Positions 20,010 to 29,728 of a stretch of 64,000 nt of DNA are shown here, piece after piece; position 1 is the first letter of the stretch; the number at the start of each line of letters is the position of its first letter. The position numbers and the translations under genes were made by a program. The DNA comes from a virus. Taxonomy: Duplodnaviria > Caudoviricetes. The DNA is taken from IMG/VR virus record IMGVR_UViG_3300031951_000008. One strand, given 5' to 3'. Below the pieces are notes generated by a model. The model was not told the origin of the DNA. It saw only the letters and a list, made by a program, of their open reading frames with translations, and did not search any database.

Positions 20010-20857
20010 TACTTCTCCACAAAGGAAAAGGCACCAAACAATTCGGGGCCTGTAGTACTGGTCGGAATAAACATCATTGCTAAACAAGCATCAGAGTCGA
20101 CAGTAGGTATTCCAGGTAATCCAGTTGTATAGTCTCTCATTCCTAGCATCCCTGCCGCGCTAAGTGGAATGTATGCTATAGGCCTCGCTATAATTATACC
20201 AAAATTGCCTGCTGTGCCGGTTGTGGCGGTTAACCTAACTTTCTCAATAGCTTGTATTCCCTTATCCCCGCTCGCTAACGGTATCCGCTGCATTCTTTGA
20301 GCTTCTCTAAAGCCAGTAGTCCCAATGTTTACGGTAGTAGTTTGGCTTGCATTGCCCGCATCGTCCGTGTAAGTCATTGTTAATGTCGTCGATGTTGTAC
20401 CAATTTGCGTGTAGATTTCATAAAAAGCCATGTTTCCAACACCACCGGTATTGCGAGTTAAAGCCGGTGAAGCTGGTGATCCCTGAACTGTCTGGTCTAC
20501 AATGCTAGTTCCGCTCAAATTACCAATATGATATAGCCTATCATAAATCAGCAATGTCCCGACAACTGAACTGGTTGCACCTGCCTGGATCAGGTACTTC
20601 GAACGGCTGCCACCGGGTGCTGTAAAGGGAATGGCACCTGCTGTAGACCTAGTAGGAATTGCTCCGGTCGTTGGGGCGGCACCAGCACCATAAGACCCAT
20701 CATACTGCCATAAAGACGTACCACGGCCTGCGATAGTTGATGCTGCTGCAGCACCGGCCACCCTAGTATTCTTAAAAAAGAATAAATTCTCCGGAGTACC
20801 GCTGTTGCCTCCGGTAGCTAAATTAATTAGATCACCTAGATCAGTTATAGCGGCCAT
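20009..20857 (-). CDS. Virion-type protein, paralog 1 of 3
   Basis: 'LLIYDRLYHIGNLSGT..VDQTV...ALTRNTGGVG'; 'IPLASGDKG...GNFGIII.RP'. Confidence 0.75.
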   Translation of the reverse strand: MAAITDLGDLINLATGGNSGTPENLFFFKNTRVAGAAAASTIAGRGTSLWQYDGSYGAGAAPTTGAIPTRSTAGAIPFTAPGGSRSKYLIQAGATSSVVGTLLIYDRLYHIGNLSGTSIVDQTVQGSPASPALTRNTGGVGNMAFYEIYTQIGTTSTTLTMTYTDDAGNASQTTTVNIGTTGFREAQRMQRIPLASGDKGIQAIEKVRLTATTGTAGNFGIIIARPIAYIPLSAAGMLGMRDYTTGLPGIPTVDSDACLAMMFIPTSTTGPELFGAFSFVEK

Positions 20858-20890
20858 ATTCGTCTGTAGCTCTACGGTGTAACAGTGTGA

Positions 20891-21835
20891 TTGAACGTTA
20901 AAGTATTTTTGGGCATGAAAGGTTTTTCAATGGATAGGCTAACACATGACTTCCGTCGCAAGCGTAGGCAACAAATAGTCATTGATGCTAAAGAAATGCT
21001 CGATGACTTTACCACTAAGCAAATCTGTCACCATCTTGCTGAAAGGTATGGCCTTCAAAGTCAATATATCCTCCGTCTACTTGAAGACGATATCGGCAGA
21101 TCAGACCTGGCTGGTATGACGGATCGTGTCATTTTGCGTAATGCGCATGAAATTTTATCACAGGGTACTAGGATCAGGGCTAAGGAGCTTGTAACCCATC
21201 TATCGGCTCAATTGGATGTTTCTGTCAAACGTGTCCGCGACGTATTAAAGTCAGCTGATTTCCGAGTGCCCAAGGAGCCAACGCTTAATCAGCAAACGCT
21301 TATCAATCACCTAAACAAAGGGCTGGATTTTAAAACCATAGTTAAATTGATGGGTTGTACTAAACAATATGTCTACCATCTATATAACTCGATAGTCGAA
21401 CACCCCGATCTTCACGATTTAGTGCCTGACAAGCAGCAGCTTTATGATGATAAAAAACTACAAACTTCTGCTCTAAATGCAGATATTCGTAGAAAGATCG
21501 TCGAGAGCCTCGAAAGTAATCCCGAATTCACAGTCGATCAACACGCTGCTAATTGTGATTGCACTGCTAAGCAAGTGCAGGTTATTATTAATAATAGCCT
21601 TTTCACTAAAGCCAATATTTCGTATCAGGAACACAATCCACGCCGGTTTAAGTATTTGCAAGTTATAGCCGATCTTATAAATACAGATCATACTATTACC
21701 GAGCTAGCCAAAAAGCACAAAAAACCGGTCACTGCAATATTCAATATGGTATCCGACTGCAAAGCTGTTGGCATTCCAGTAAAGGAACGTCGTGACGGTA
21801 GAGTTAAGCAGCATCTAGTCGACCGCCAAGAATAA
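20891..21835 (+). CDS. Probable multi-HTH DNA-binding protein
   Basis: Repeated HTH-like segments ('DFKTIVKLMGCTKQYVY', 'TVDQHAANCDCTAKQV', 'TITELAKKHKKPVTAIF'). Confidence 0.6.
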   Translation: MNVKVFLGMKGFSMDRLTHDFRRKRRQQIVIDAKEMLDDFTTKQICHHLAERYGLQSQYILRLLEDDIGRSDLAGMTDRVILRNAHEILSQGTRIRAKELVTHLSAQLDVSVKRVRDVLKSADFRVPKEPTLNQQTLINHLNKGLDFKTIVKLMGCTKQYVYHLYNSIVEHPDLHDLVPDKQQLYDDKKLQTSALNADIRRKIVESLESNPEFTVDQHAANCDCTAKQVQVIINNSLFTKANISYQEHNPRRFKYLQVIADLINTDHTITELAKKHKKPVTAIFNMVSDCKAVGIPVKERRDGRVKQHLVDRQE

Positions 21836-21865
21836 ATGGAGATTCTATATGGTTAAAGATACCAT

Positions 21866-22195
21866 ATGCAAGATTCATTTGTAGTTATTGGTGATATCGT
21901 CAGAGGAGTATTAAAAACTCATGAGCAAAAGTATCGGTATAAGACCAGCATAAGCATTTACGACATGAAATGCCAAGCCTCTTTTCTGATTTGCAAAAGT
22001 TCTTCGTTCAGAACAGCTAAACACTCGATTGAAATAGAGATGTTAAATACTTCTTTGCATTTGACACTTACTATTAACTCCAAGCCGCTGTCTATCAATA
22101 AATATGTCAGGACATTGACTATAGATTTATCAGACCCGAAATCATTGTGTTTAATTGAACAATTATTGGTTAAGTTCTGTAGGAAAATAAAATGA
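21866..22195 (+). CDS. Outlying member of the 'IxLxDP' paralog family
   Basis: C-terminal 'LTIDLSDPKSLCLIEQLL'. Confidence 0.65.
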   Translation: MQDSFVVIGDIVRGVLKTHEQKYRYKTSISIYDMKCQASFLICKSSSFRTAKHSIEIEMLNTSLHLTLTINSKPLSINKYVRTLTIDLSDPKSLCLIEQLLVKFCRKIK

Positions 22196-22473
22196 ATAAG
22201 CATGCTGAGCTATTAATTATGCGTCAAGCTATACAAGATTATCGCGGTGGCCAGCCTCTCAGCGATCAACAGCTCAAGATCTCAGTTAAGCACCTAAAAC
22301 CGTTGGTCTGTTCGCTACGGGTGTTGGACGATCGTTTTGCTCTTATAACCAATGAACTTGATCGGGTGCTAATGCAATTCGAAGACTTTATCGAAGTAAG
22401 GAAGAGGAAAATCAGATTGGCTAAATTGGCCAATGATGCCATCGAAAAGAAATCACAAAAATCTAAAAGGTAG
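22192..22473 (+). CDS. Hypothetical protein
   Basis: ATGA-coupled ORF. Confidence 0.65.
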   Translation: MNKHAELLIMRQAIQDYRGGQPLSDQQLKISVKHLKPLVCSLRVLDDRFALITNELDRVLMQFEDFIEVRKRKIRLAKLANDAIEKKSQKSKR

Positions 22474-22481
22474 CTCTCACT

Positions 22482-22823
22482 ATGCATAACGATGAGTATA
22501 ATGCGACTATTAATATTGACTTGGTAATTAGGCATTCTCAATCGAGTGTATCTAGCGAATCAGAGTATGTGGCCGAAGGTGGTCCGTCTGAGGCTGTCTT
22601 TTCCGGCACTGGCAAGTCTGTAGAAGAGGCTATCGGGTCTTACTTCATCCAAAATCGTGAGATATTGGGTTTTAAATTCTCTACCATCAAAGCCGATAAA
22701 TTTTTGCCATCTACACATTATGGACGAGGTCGCGACGATTCTGAACTAGGTCCGAACGAGCTAGCGGCCTATCAACAATTTCTCAAATCACGTAAAGAAA
22801 ATGAGCCTCGTAGTACACAATAA
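22482..22823 (+). CDS. Hypothetical protein
   Basis: ORF in the + strand run. Confidence 0.65.
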   Translation: MHNDEYNATINIDLVIRHSQSSVSSESEYVAEGGPSEAVFSGTGKSVEEAIGSYFIQNREILGFKFSTIKADKFLPSTHYGRGRDDSELGPNELAAYQQFLKSRKENEPRSTQ

Positions 22824-23267
22824 AAAAGATCGGTTCGATGTTTACATTGGAAGACCTAGTCTATTCGGCAATCCATTTGAGATAGGCACTCACGGTTCTA
22901 GAGATGAGGTCATTGATAAGTATAAAAGCTGGTTATTAAACGGAATCAGTTTCGGTAATCCAGAAGCCTCAGAAGAGAAGAGAAGAGAAGATCAATCCTG
23001 GCTTCGCTGTCTACTTTACGCGATAAAGTGCTTGGCTGTTGGTGTAGTCCTCTAGCTTGTCATGGTGATGTCCTCGTAGAACTATCTAATAGTGTCATTT
23101 ACCAATGTGATAGGTGTAAGTTCTTATACTCAAACCCCGTATCTGCCTGCGACTGCGAGGTAGGCCTAGATCAGCCCTACAATGTTGGTTTTGTGTCCAT
23201 GACAGACATCAGTTTCATAATACACCGCGAGCAAGATCCTACCTTCTACGAGGCAGAAGATGCATAA
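22801..23267 (+). pseudogene. DUF4326-family gene split by a frameshift at an (AGAAG)4 repeat
   Basis: N-half 'VVHNKK..FDVYIGRPSLFGNPF' in one frame; C-half 'LGCWCSPLACHGDVL' in another; 3 repeat units restore a single frame. Confidence 0.85.
22971..22990 (+). repeat. Pentanucleotide microsatellite (AGAAG)4
   Basis: agaagagaagagaagagaag. Confidence 0.95.
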
Positions 23268-23958
23268 ATTCATCATTCATCATCCTAAGTTATCAGATCG
23301 GCGAGCCTATATAGAATCCTGTCGGCTTAATGATATATGCTTTATTACCAAATATAACGATGGTAGCTGTGATCCTATTAGCACCTTTAATAGATATGTC
23401 TACAGTAAACATATTTGGGACCTCAAGTGCAAGGGTAAATTCGAATTTCGACTCTTAAATAAGGGCGATATAGCGTGCATTGAGAGCCATATCGAAGCCT
23501 GGAATCGTATAGCCAAATTAGATGATTATGCGATGGTCCTTGAGGATGACGTTCAATTTAGTTCTCAGAATTCTGACCCGGCAATCACAGGGCGTTGGTT
23601 TGAGCAGTTTGTAGATGGTACTAATCCTGCGTCTGTTATGTCAAGATGTCCAAAGCCCTTTGACGTACTCTTTATAGGCGGCACTTTCCCTCACAACACT
23701 GTCTCGACCACTGTATATCAAACAGGCAATTTTCACCGGAAAGATCATCCTGCTACTAATACCGCTTTTGCTTATATTATTGGGCCGAGTGCGGCTAAAA
23801 AATTATGTAAGATAGCATTATCTGGATATAGTATGCCAGTAGACTTTGAGATGAACTACTGGTTTGATGCTCTAGACTTTATCGTATATCACCATATCCC
23901 ATATATTGTTACTGAGGGATCGGCCACCAATGTTTATAAATCTTCGCAATTAAGATAG
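23260..23958 (+). CDS. Glycosyltransferase family 25-like
   Basis: 'LSDRR','GDIACIESHIEAW','VLEDD','TAFAYII...AAKKL','PVD'. Confidence 0.8.
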   Translation: MHKFIIHHPKLSDRRAYIESCRLNDICFITKYNDGSCDPISTFNRYVYSKHIWDLKCKGKFEFRLLNKGDIACIESHIEAWNRIAKLDDYAMVLEDDVQFSSQNSDPAITGRWFEQFVDGTNPASVMSRCPKPFDVLFIGGTFPHNTVSTTVYQTGNFHRKDHPATNTAFAYIIGPSAAKKLCKIALSGYSMPVDFEMNYWFDALDFIVYHHIPYIVTEGSATNVYKSSQLR

Positions 23959-23959
23959 C

Positions 23960-24646
23960 ATGCTCAAAGTCACCTTTAATCAATATAATCCGACGATAGT
24001 ACGTGATGAGTATACATTAGCTGTTCTTGACGATATTAGCCGTGTAATCTTTAAATCTATTCGCGAAGCTTATCCTCTATCTGGTGCTGTTTGTGCTACT
24101 TCTGCCCCCTCTGCGTATAAATATGTAGGCAGTTTAAACAAAGGGGATTATATTTATCTCAAAGTAGAAATAGAAGCAAAAGATGCTCTGTCTTGGCGGA
24201 TAATCCATTTTCATATTAATATATATATCACACATTTAGTCTTTACTGCTTCTAAATGCGATCGTATGCAACAGTCTTTGCTCGTTCGGGGACACCATAA
24301 GTACGATAAGCCTAACAAGGTTAATTATGATATAAGTCAGCCTGAGTACTTATCCATAATAACTTCTAACATTCAACTGCTTGTAACAGAGACCAGCAGG
24401 CACTTAATAGATTATATATTAAATAATACTAATTCACCTGAAGTTATAGACACAGATCTAGTTAGACAGACACCGTCTGGTATGTCCCAATTGATTCGGA
24501 GCCCAATAAAGAAAAAACGTTCTAAAAGCCGTCATCAAGGACCCGTAAATCCTACGCCTACACAAACTGCTTCGACTCCGGGAAGCTTCTATACTAAGCT
24601 AATCAGATATATTAAAAGCCTATTCGACCGTTATTATTGTATATAA
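23960..24646 (+). CDS. Hypothetical protein, possible distant 'IxLxDP' family member
   Basis: 'VNYDISQPEYLSII' plus basic tail. Confidence 0.6.
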   Translation: MLKVTFNQYNPTIVRDEYTLAVLDDISRVIFKSIREAYPLSGAVCATSAPSAYKYVGSLNKGDYIYLKVEIEAKDALSWRIIHFHINIYITHLVFTASKCDRMQQSLLVRGHHKYDKPNKVNYDISQPEYLSIITSNIQLLVTETSRHLIDYILNNTNSPEVIDTDLVRQTPSGMSQLIRSPIKKKRSKSRHQGPVNPTPTQTASTPGSFYTKLIRYIKSLFDRYYCI

Positions 24647-24675
24647 TGATGTAACTTTACATAAGGTAATCTACT

Positions 24676-25407
24676 ATGGCATCTATATTACGTCAACTGA
24701 AGAAATACCAGCAGACCGGCTTAACAAATACCGAGCAGAAAGTTGACCCTGACAGTAAGGCAGTTATCGTGGTCCCGGAACATAATCATCCTTTTGCAGA
24801 GATGATCGAAGCGATACTACGGTCTACCTACCCACCTGAACCAAGCTTCGATGATAGTCGTAAAGAATTTACCATCAAGTCACTAAAGGCTCTAGAGGGC
24901 TACACGCTACCACCCTTGGCTGGTAAGTTATATCCAGTAGAACTAGCCGTTCTTTACTATCTATTCTATCATCATAAAATTCAGCTAGGAGAACATGTTG
25001 CTGAATCATATCTAAGTAAGTTTTTACAGGATATTCGTGCAAAAGAGGGATCACTTGAAAGGTATTTAATAGAGCTAAAAGACAGTATGGATAAGACGGC
25101 TACTACAGCATTTTTATATAGGGTAATGCTTGCGTCACTCGGCGAGAGGGACAATTATACCGTAGCCCGTGATATCCTTGATCCAAAATATGGCCCGATG
25201 GCTGCAGACGCTTTAGGTGTAGAAGCCAGTGCCAAGAGAGCTTGGAAAGGGTTAGAGAGCATTAGAAATGAGGACATAGAGCAACTTATCTTCGGCAGAA
25301 TCGCTTATATTGCATTTTGGCAAATTAGTAGATCACCATCGTCCACCAACTGCAATAAATTTCTAAGTTTTAAGCCACACAATATTGGACAAGCCCATTA
25401 TGAATAG
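24676..25407 (+). CDS. Hypothetical protein (243 aa)
   Basis: AAGG RBS; long ORF. Confidence 0.75.
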   Translation: MASILRQLKKYQQTGLTNTEQKVDPDSKAVIVVPEHNHPFAEMIEAILRSTYPPEPSFDDSRKEFTIKSLKALEGYTLPPLAGKLYPVELAVLYYLFYHHKIQLGEHVAESYLSKFLQDIRAKEGSLERYLIELKDSMDKTATTAFLYRVMLASLGERDNYTVARDILDPKYGPMAADALGVEASAKRAWKGLESIRNEDIEQLIFGRIAYIAFWQISRSPSSTNCNKFLSFKPHNIGQAHYE

Positions 25408-25486
25408 CTTCTCGATAACTGTAATAGCTGTTTTTGTAGGCTTGTACCTGCTTATGTCCGTATTGACATCATATATTAATGACTAG
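25400..25486 (+). CDS. Putative 28-aa membrane peptide
   Basis: MNSFSITVIAVFVGLYLLMSVLTSYIND; overlaps the upstream stop. Confidence 0.4.
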   Translation: MNSFSITVIAVFVGLYLLMSVLTSYIND

Positions 25487-25544
25487 CGATATTCGTAGCT
25501 ATCATTAGCCTGCCACACACTGCTAACTCAATTAGGAATCTATT

Positions 25545-25841
25545 ATGATCAAGCCGACTCAAGTTAAGTTTAGCATAAGATTATTTAGGAATGAACACGC
25601 GTGGGCTATTAGCTCAGTGTCTAGTAGACTAGGCCAAATCACTAGCGTGCTTACCCACACTGCAGACTCTGTGATAGGTGAACGATATTCGATTGGCACT
25701 TTGCCACTCGACTGCACACCAGAACTAGCATTAGCAAAATTGCGGGAAGTGGTTACAGGAGAAAATCATCATTATTTGGCAGGAGAAGTTACGGCTTCTG
25801 GAGATCTTTATTGGATTCAATGGGAATCCAATGCTGCTTAG
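25545..25841 (+). CDS. Hypothetical protein
   Basis: AGGA RBS. Confidence 0.65.
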   Translation: MIKPTQVKFSIRLFRNEHAWAISSVSSRLGQITSVLTHTADSVIGERYSIGTLPLDCTPELALAKLREVVTGENHHYLAGEVTASGDLYWIQWESNAA

Positions 25842-25865
25842 TATTATACTTTAATCGAGGATCGC

Positions 25866-26411
25866 ATGACAACAATTAGGCATTTCGCTGCTAAACTGAC
25901 TGACCTACAATTCAAGCACAATCCCCAATATACCCCGGTCGATTTTTTCTTTGAAATCAAAGTAGATAGATCTGGACTTAAGCCTAAAGACTCTTTTACT
26001 GCTGGAGTCTTCTCTTATAACAGTCTCGATGATGCGATTTCTCACCATTGTCGTCAACATCTACAAGAAAATGGTCTAACTGCTCACAAATCTTCGCAAT
26101 TTGATGTATTTTTCGAGGTCCATGAGATCAAATTAGTCAGCGGCCAAGCCGTGCGTAACTTATGGAAGAAAAAGCTTGGTGTCGCAGTACCAATTCGGCC
26201 TACAACGGAGGAAGAATTTTATGAAGAGCAGCGTCAAGCACTTGAGCAACTTCCACCTGAATTTAGAGAATTCGTGTCTTCGCACGCTTGGAGCGATAAA
26301 CACGCTTACGGATATGACGAAGTCCTTAGCGAGGTCCGTGACCTTGCCAACGAGTTAGCTGGCTGCGTTTCATCTTACAACTTACGAATCATGCGCGAAA
26401 AGACAAGCTAA
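25866..26411 (+). CDS. Hypothetical protein
   Basis: GAGG RBS; C-terminal 'AWSDKHAYGYDEVLSEV'. Confidence 0.7.
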   Translation: MTTIRHFAAKLTDLQFKHNPQYTPVDFFFEIKVDRSGLKPKDSFTAGVFSYNSLDDAISHHCRQHLQENGLTAHKSSQFDVFFEVHEIKLVSGQAVRNLWKKKLGVAVPIRPTTEEEFYEEQRQALEQLPPEFREFVSSHAWSDKHAYGYDEVLSEVRDLANELAGCVSSYNLRIMREKTS

Positions 26412-26650
26412 TGCAAAGACTATTAGATTGCAGGATCAATGAACTACAAGGTTATGTTGACTTCTATCAACGGTTAATAACCTGTGATTGTGATGAGCTT
26501 CGCGAATGCGTTCGTAGAGATCTATACCTTGATGTTGACGCTGATATAGATGCTAATATCCTTAATATGCCTGACGCTATAAGTCTTTATCGCATTTTAA
26601 ATGCCCCTACTGCTAAGACACGGAATTGGCTCATTCAAAGGATGAAGTGA
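26411..26650 (+). CDS. Hypothetical protein
   Basis: TAATG coupling. Confidence 0.6.
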   Translation: MQRLLDCRINELQGYVDFYQRLITCDCDELRECVRRDLYLDVDADIDANILNMPDAISLYRILNAPTAKTRNWLIQRMK

Positions 26651-26653
26651 AAA

Positions 26654-26776
26654 ATGGAAGCTTTTAGGTCATTACACCCTGCTGTCCAAGCGACCTTAAT
26701 AGTAGTGGCAGGCATAGTAGCGGTTGTTTACATTCTGGCTCTGTTTACGGACGTTTTTCATAGTAGACGCGATTAA
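26654..26776 (+). CDS. Putative 40-aa membrane peptide
   Basis: MEAFRSLHPAVQATLIVVAGIVAVVYILALFTDVFHSRRD. Confidence 0.5.
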   Translation: MEAFRSLHPAVQATLIVVAGIVAVVYILALFTDVFHSRRD

Positions 26777-26778
26777 CT

Positions 26779-27126
26779 GTGTTAGAAATTGTGCGAGCTA
26801 TTGCGACTACATTGCATCACGATACAGGATTCGATTTTTCTATATTAGACACGACCTATTCACTTGGGCTGTACTTCACTTCTTCTGTTAGAGCACATCC
26901 AATTATCTGTTTTCTGTTCGATTCTAGACAAGCTAATGGGCTTGTAGCAACAATCATACCACTAGAGGTAACTGCGGTGTCTAATAAAAAATTTTCAGAC
27001 ACGTTACGAGTTATACTCAATACTAATCAGATCGGCTCTCCAGCCATAAACATGGATAATCCAGATTCTATTATTAAACTTAGGATGGTATTGCAAAAAG
27101 TCAACGAAATGGTAAAATTAAGTTAA
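26779..27126 (+). CDS. 'IxLxDP' family member 1
   Basis: MLEIVRAIATTL ... INMDNPDSIIKL. Confidence 0.7.
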   Translation: MLEIVRAIATTLHHDTGFDFSILDTTYSLGLYFTSSVRAHPIICFLFDSRQANGLVATIIPLEVTAVSNKKFSDTLRVILNTNQIGSPAINMDNPDSIIKLRMVLQKVNEMVKLS

Positions 27127-27131
27127 GTTTA

Positions 27132-27596
27132 ATGATCAACATAATAGAATTACTTTGTGATTATTTCATAACTACTAAGCCTCAAATAGGTGGCTTTAAA
27201 TTTATTTATGGGCTTGATGACACTAATTGCGATCAAGGTTACTTCATAAAAGTAATAGATAATAACAACATAGATATTTTTCTACGCTTAGAAAAATTGG
27301 TAATCAGAGCAGGCTGTATTATTCGTACTAGTCTTAAAGGTGCTGAATTAAAAATATCTAGAGACTTGCATGTTACTCATAGGATTAAGTGGCATACATT
27401 TTTTAATGTTACGGCTATTCCCTTAGTTCCGTATCGGTTAGGTATATCTTATGTAGCTCAACATCTAGACATTCAAGATCCCGCATGTATCGAACAATTA
27501 TTATCTATATTAAACGAACAGTTTCGTACGGTGATTAACCATGAGTCGTTAGGTACAATCATTCGCCATCTTCGGTATGATTTAACATACCGATGA
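27132..27596 (+). CDS. 'IxLxDP' family member 2
   Basis: MINIIELLCDYF ... LDIQDPACIEQL. Confidence 0.7.
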   Translation: MINIIELLCDYFITTKPQIGGFKFIYGLDDTNCDQGYFIKVIDNNNIDIFLRLEKLVIRAGCIIRTSLKGAELKISRDLHVTHRIKWHTFFNVTAIPLVPYRLGISYVAQHLDIQDPACIEQLLSILNEQFRTVINHESLGTIIRHLRYDLTYR

Positions 27597-27608
27597 GTTC
27601 GACAATGC

Positions 27609-28061
27609 TTGAATTCCTACAAAATAACCTTTCACAGTTCGAGGCCGATTTTGTCTGAGTCTCTACAGGCCATTGCGAGCGAGTTAGATTCTTATCTACC
27701 GAGCACTCTTGCTATATGCATTAATGAATCTACCGCAACTCAAGCTAGCATACGATTTGGTTATGTAACTGATTCACATCTTACGATAACGATTCCGACA
27801 TTGTTCGGTGAAGATTGGGTATTTACGATCTTTATAAATGAAGACAATGTCGTTTTATTATGCCGTAAGTTTATCCGGACTTTCCACATTCCAACCGGCT
27901 CTTCCAGATTAATATTACAACCACAGACTGCTCGCAAAGAGTCTCAAGGGCGACATGCATCTTTCACCTTTAGGAAAGTAAGCCTTCATGATCCATCAAT
28001 GATGTACAAGATAGTACAAATAGTTAAACAACGATCAGAGACAATTATGGGCAGTAAATGA
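27609..28061 (+). CDS. 'IxLxDP' family member 3
   Basis: ESLQAIASEL ... VSLHDPSMMYKI. Confidence 0.7.
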   Translation: MNSYKITFHSSRPILSESLQAIASELDSYLPSTLAICINESTATQASIRFGYVTDSHLTITIPTLFGEDWVFTIFINEDNVVLLCRKFIRTFHIPTGSSRLILQPQTARKESQGRHASFTFRKVSLHDPSMMYKIVQIVKQRSETIMGSK

Positions 28062-28423
28062 ATGACGTAATTAGAGCTATTGAACAACATTTGAAACTAA
28101 CTATCGGCGATCAGTTACATATTTATTCAAGAGACGACCACATATCTGCCTATGTCGTTTATTCATATGTAGGCAATCCTATTAGGTGCGAACTGTGGTT
28201 CACCATGGAGTTCTCATTGGATACTGTAGAGATACGAAGCAGAGAACAAGTAACTGAATGGAGTGATGGAGTTCAAACTGGCATTATTAGCGACAAAAAA
28301 CTTGGAACTGACCAATTAAGCCTAAGTGATCCTCAACTAATCCCAAAAATTTTCGCCAGTCTCCAATTTCAGTTTAGTAAATCAGACGATCGTCGCTGGT
28401 TACGTTTAGTATCAAACTTATAA
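28058..28423 (+). CDS. 'IxLxDP' family member 4
   Basis: MNDVIRAIEQHL ... LSLSDPQLIPKI. Confidence 0.75.
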   Translation: MNDVIRAIEQHLKLTIGDQLHIYSRDDHISAYVVYSYVGNPIRCELWFTMEFSLDTVEIRSREQVTEWSDGVQTGIISDKKLGTDQLSLSDPQLIPKIFASLQFQFSKSDDRRWLRLVSNL

Positions 28424-28426
28424 ATC

Positions 28427-28804
28427 ATGCAACAGTTACTACAAGCTTTAGAAAGTATTCGTGTGTATGGCTTTGCGGACAATAGTGCTTATTTATTTGA
28501 ATTAGACTTGTAGGCTCTAATGATTGTTGAATCTGAGGTGCTAAGCGTCAACTATTAACCTGTCGCCATCGATGTAGATTCTAACAGAATGAATACCAAT
28601 ATGTGCGTATTCATTCTCGATCTTTACGTGTTGGATGATACTGAATATCCTCTCCTGCCGCGAGCTAAAATGGATATATATGATGAGGAATCGAGGCTAA
28701 TAATGGCAGGAAGCAAGGAGATCACGCTACATGGCCCTGACATTGTCACAAGAATATTAAACACCATACAGACATTGGTCTCTGAGATTAGATTCGATTA
28801 TTAA
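28427..28804 (+). pseudogene. 'IxLxDP' family member 5, two in-frame stops
   Basis: MQQLLQALESI..., TAG 28511-13 and TAA 28556-58, then the same frame continues to ITLHGPDIVTRI. Confidence 0.75.
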
Positions 28805-28806
28805 TT

Positions 28807-29364
28807 ATGGCCGTCAAACCATTTCTCGACTTGAGTAGAGTATTCATTCCTAAATTCAAAGTACCAATGAATCACTTACAAGACCAGCTTATCAACGAGA
28901 TAGCTGTATTAGAAGCCATAAAGATGGCTTTAAGCTGCCATTTCGACAAGAGCATTCCTAACAATGTGGTCTCCTACCATATTTATACAACGCCATCAGC
29001 ATCTAAGCACTACAGACAATGTGGACGCTTCGAGATTAATCATCGCATGAAACCATACCTGTTAGTTGATGAACTTTATACAGTAAACACCGAGTGTCAT
29101 GATATGAAAATCTGTGTAAATGGAGATTCTATTAGATTGTCAACTACTCACGGTGAAATGGGAGCGGTCCTAATCGATGTGAGCTTGCATAATACTGAAT
29201 TTTTATCTAAAATCGTAGCAATAGTGCAAGAATTCGTTCAAGTTCATAGAAATCATGGTGGTAGTTTAGAAAACGCTTTGAAGCGATTAGCTAGTCTACG
29301 ATCTCGTGGAGGAAATGGTTCACCGTTCGTTTTCGACGTATTGAGTCGTCCTAATGAATCATAA
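28807..29364 (+). CDS. 'IxLxDP' family member 6
   Basis: AVLEAIKMAL ... VSLHNTEFLSKI. Confidence 0.7.
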   Translation: MAVKPFLDLSRVFIPKFKVPMNHLQDQLINEIAVLEAIKMALSCHFDKSIPNNVVSYHIYTTPSASKHYRQCGRFEINHRMKPYLLVDELYTVNTECHDMKICVNGDSIRLSTTHGEMGAVLIDVSLHNTEFLSKIVAIVQEFVQVHRNHGGSLENALKRLASLRSRGGNGSPFVFDVLSRPNES

Positions 29365-29728
29365 TTATACAGCCACAGAAGCGATGCTAGTAGAGTTGCA
29401 GAAAGCGATTTTGTCGCTTAGTGTTGATTTGACAAAAATTCAATGCTATTTAATTAGTTCGCATTTGTCAATTAAGAATTTAGAGGATCGAGTTACCACG
29501 ACTATCACTATAGTTAATGGCTATATTTACATAGAAGCCAACCCATATTACGATGGCTCTTATATAATTGCAGATCCTCCTAAGGCCATAGTTCCAAGGT
29601 ATACAACAAATACAAGTCCTCGTTTGGAAAACAAGTTCGCCGTCAGTCTACATCACCAAGACTTTATAGACCAAACAGTTAAAGCTATTGTGAATATGGG
29701 ATCGGTTATATTCAATGATAGACCCTGA
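29354..29728 (+). CDS. 'IxLxDP' family member 7
   Basis: AMLVELQKAI ... VSLHHQDFIDQT. Confidence 0.7.
   Translation: MNHNYTATEAMLVELQKAILSLSVDLTKIQCYLISSHLSIKNLEDRVTTTITIVNGYIYIEANPYYDGSYIIADPPKAIVPRYTTNTSPRLENKFAVSLHHQDFIDQTVKAIVNMGSVIFNDRP

Noticed and set aside
28427-28804. In-frame TAG suggesting stop-codon reassignment (code 15)
   Set aside because: The same frame also has a TAA, and many intact genes end in TAG (e.g. 5394, 14163, 23958); a pseudogene is the simpler explanation
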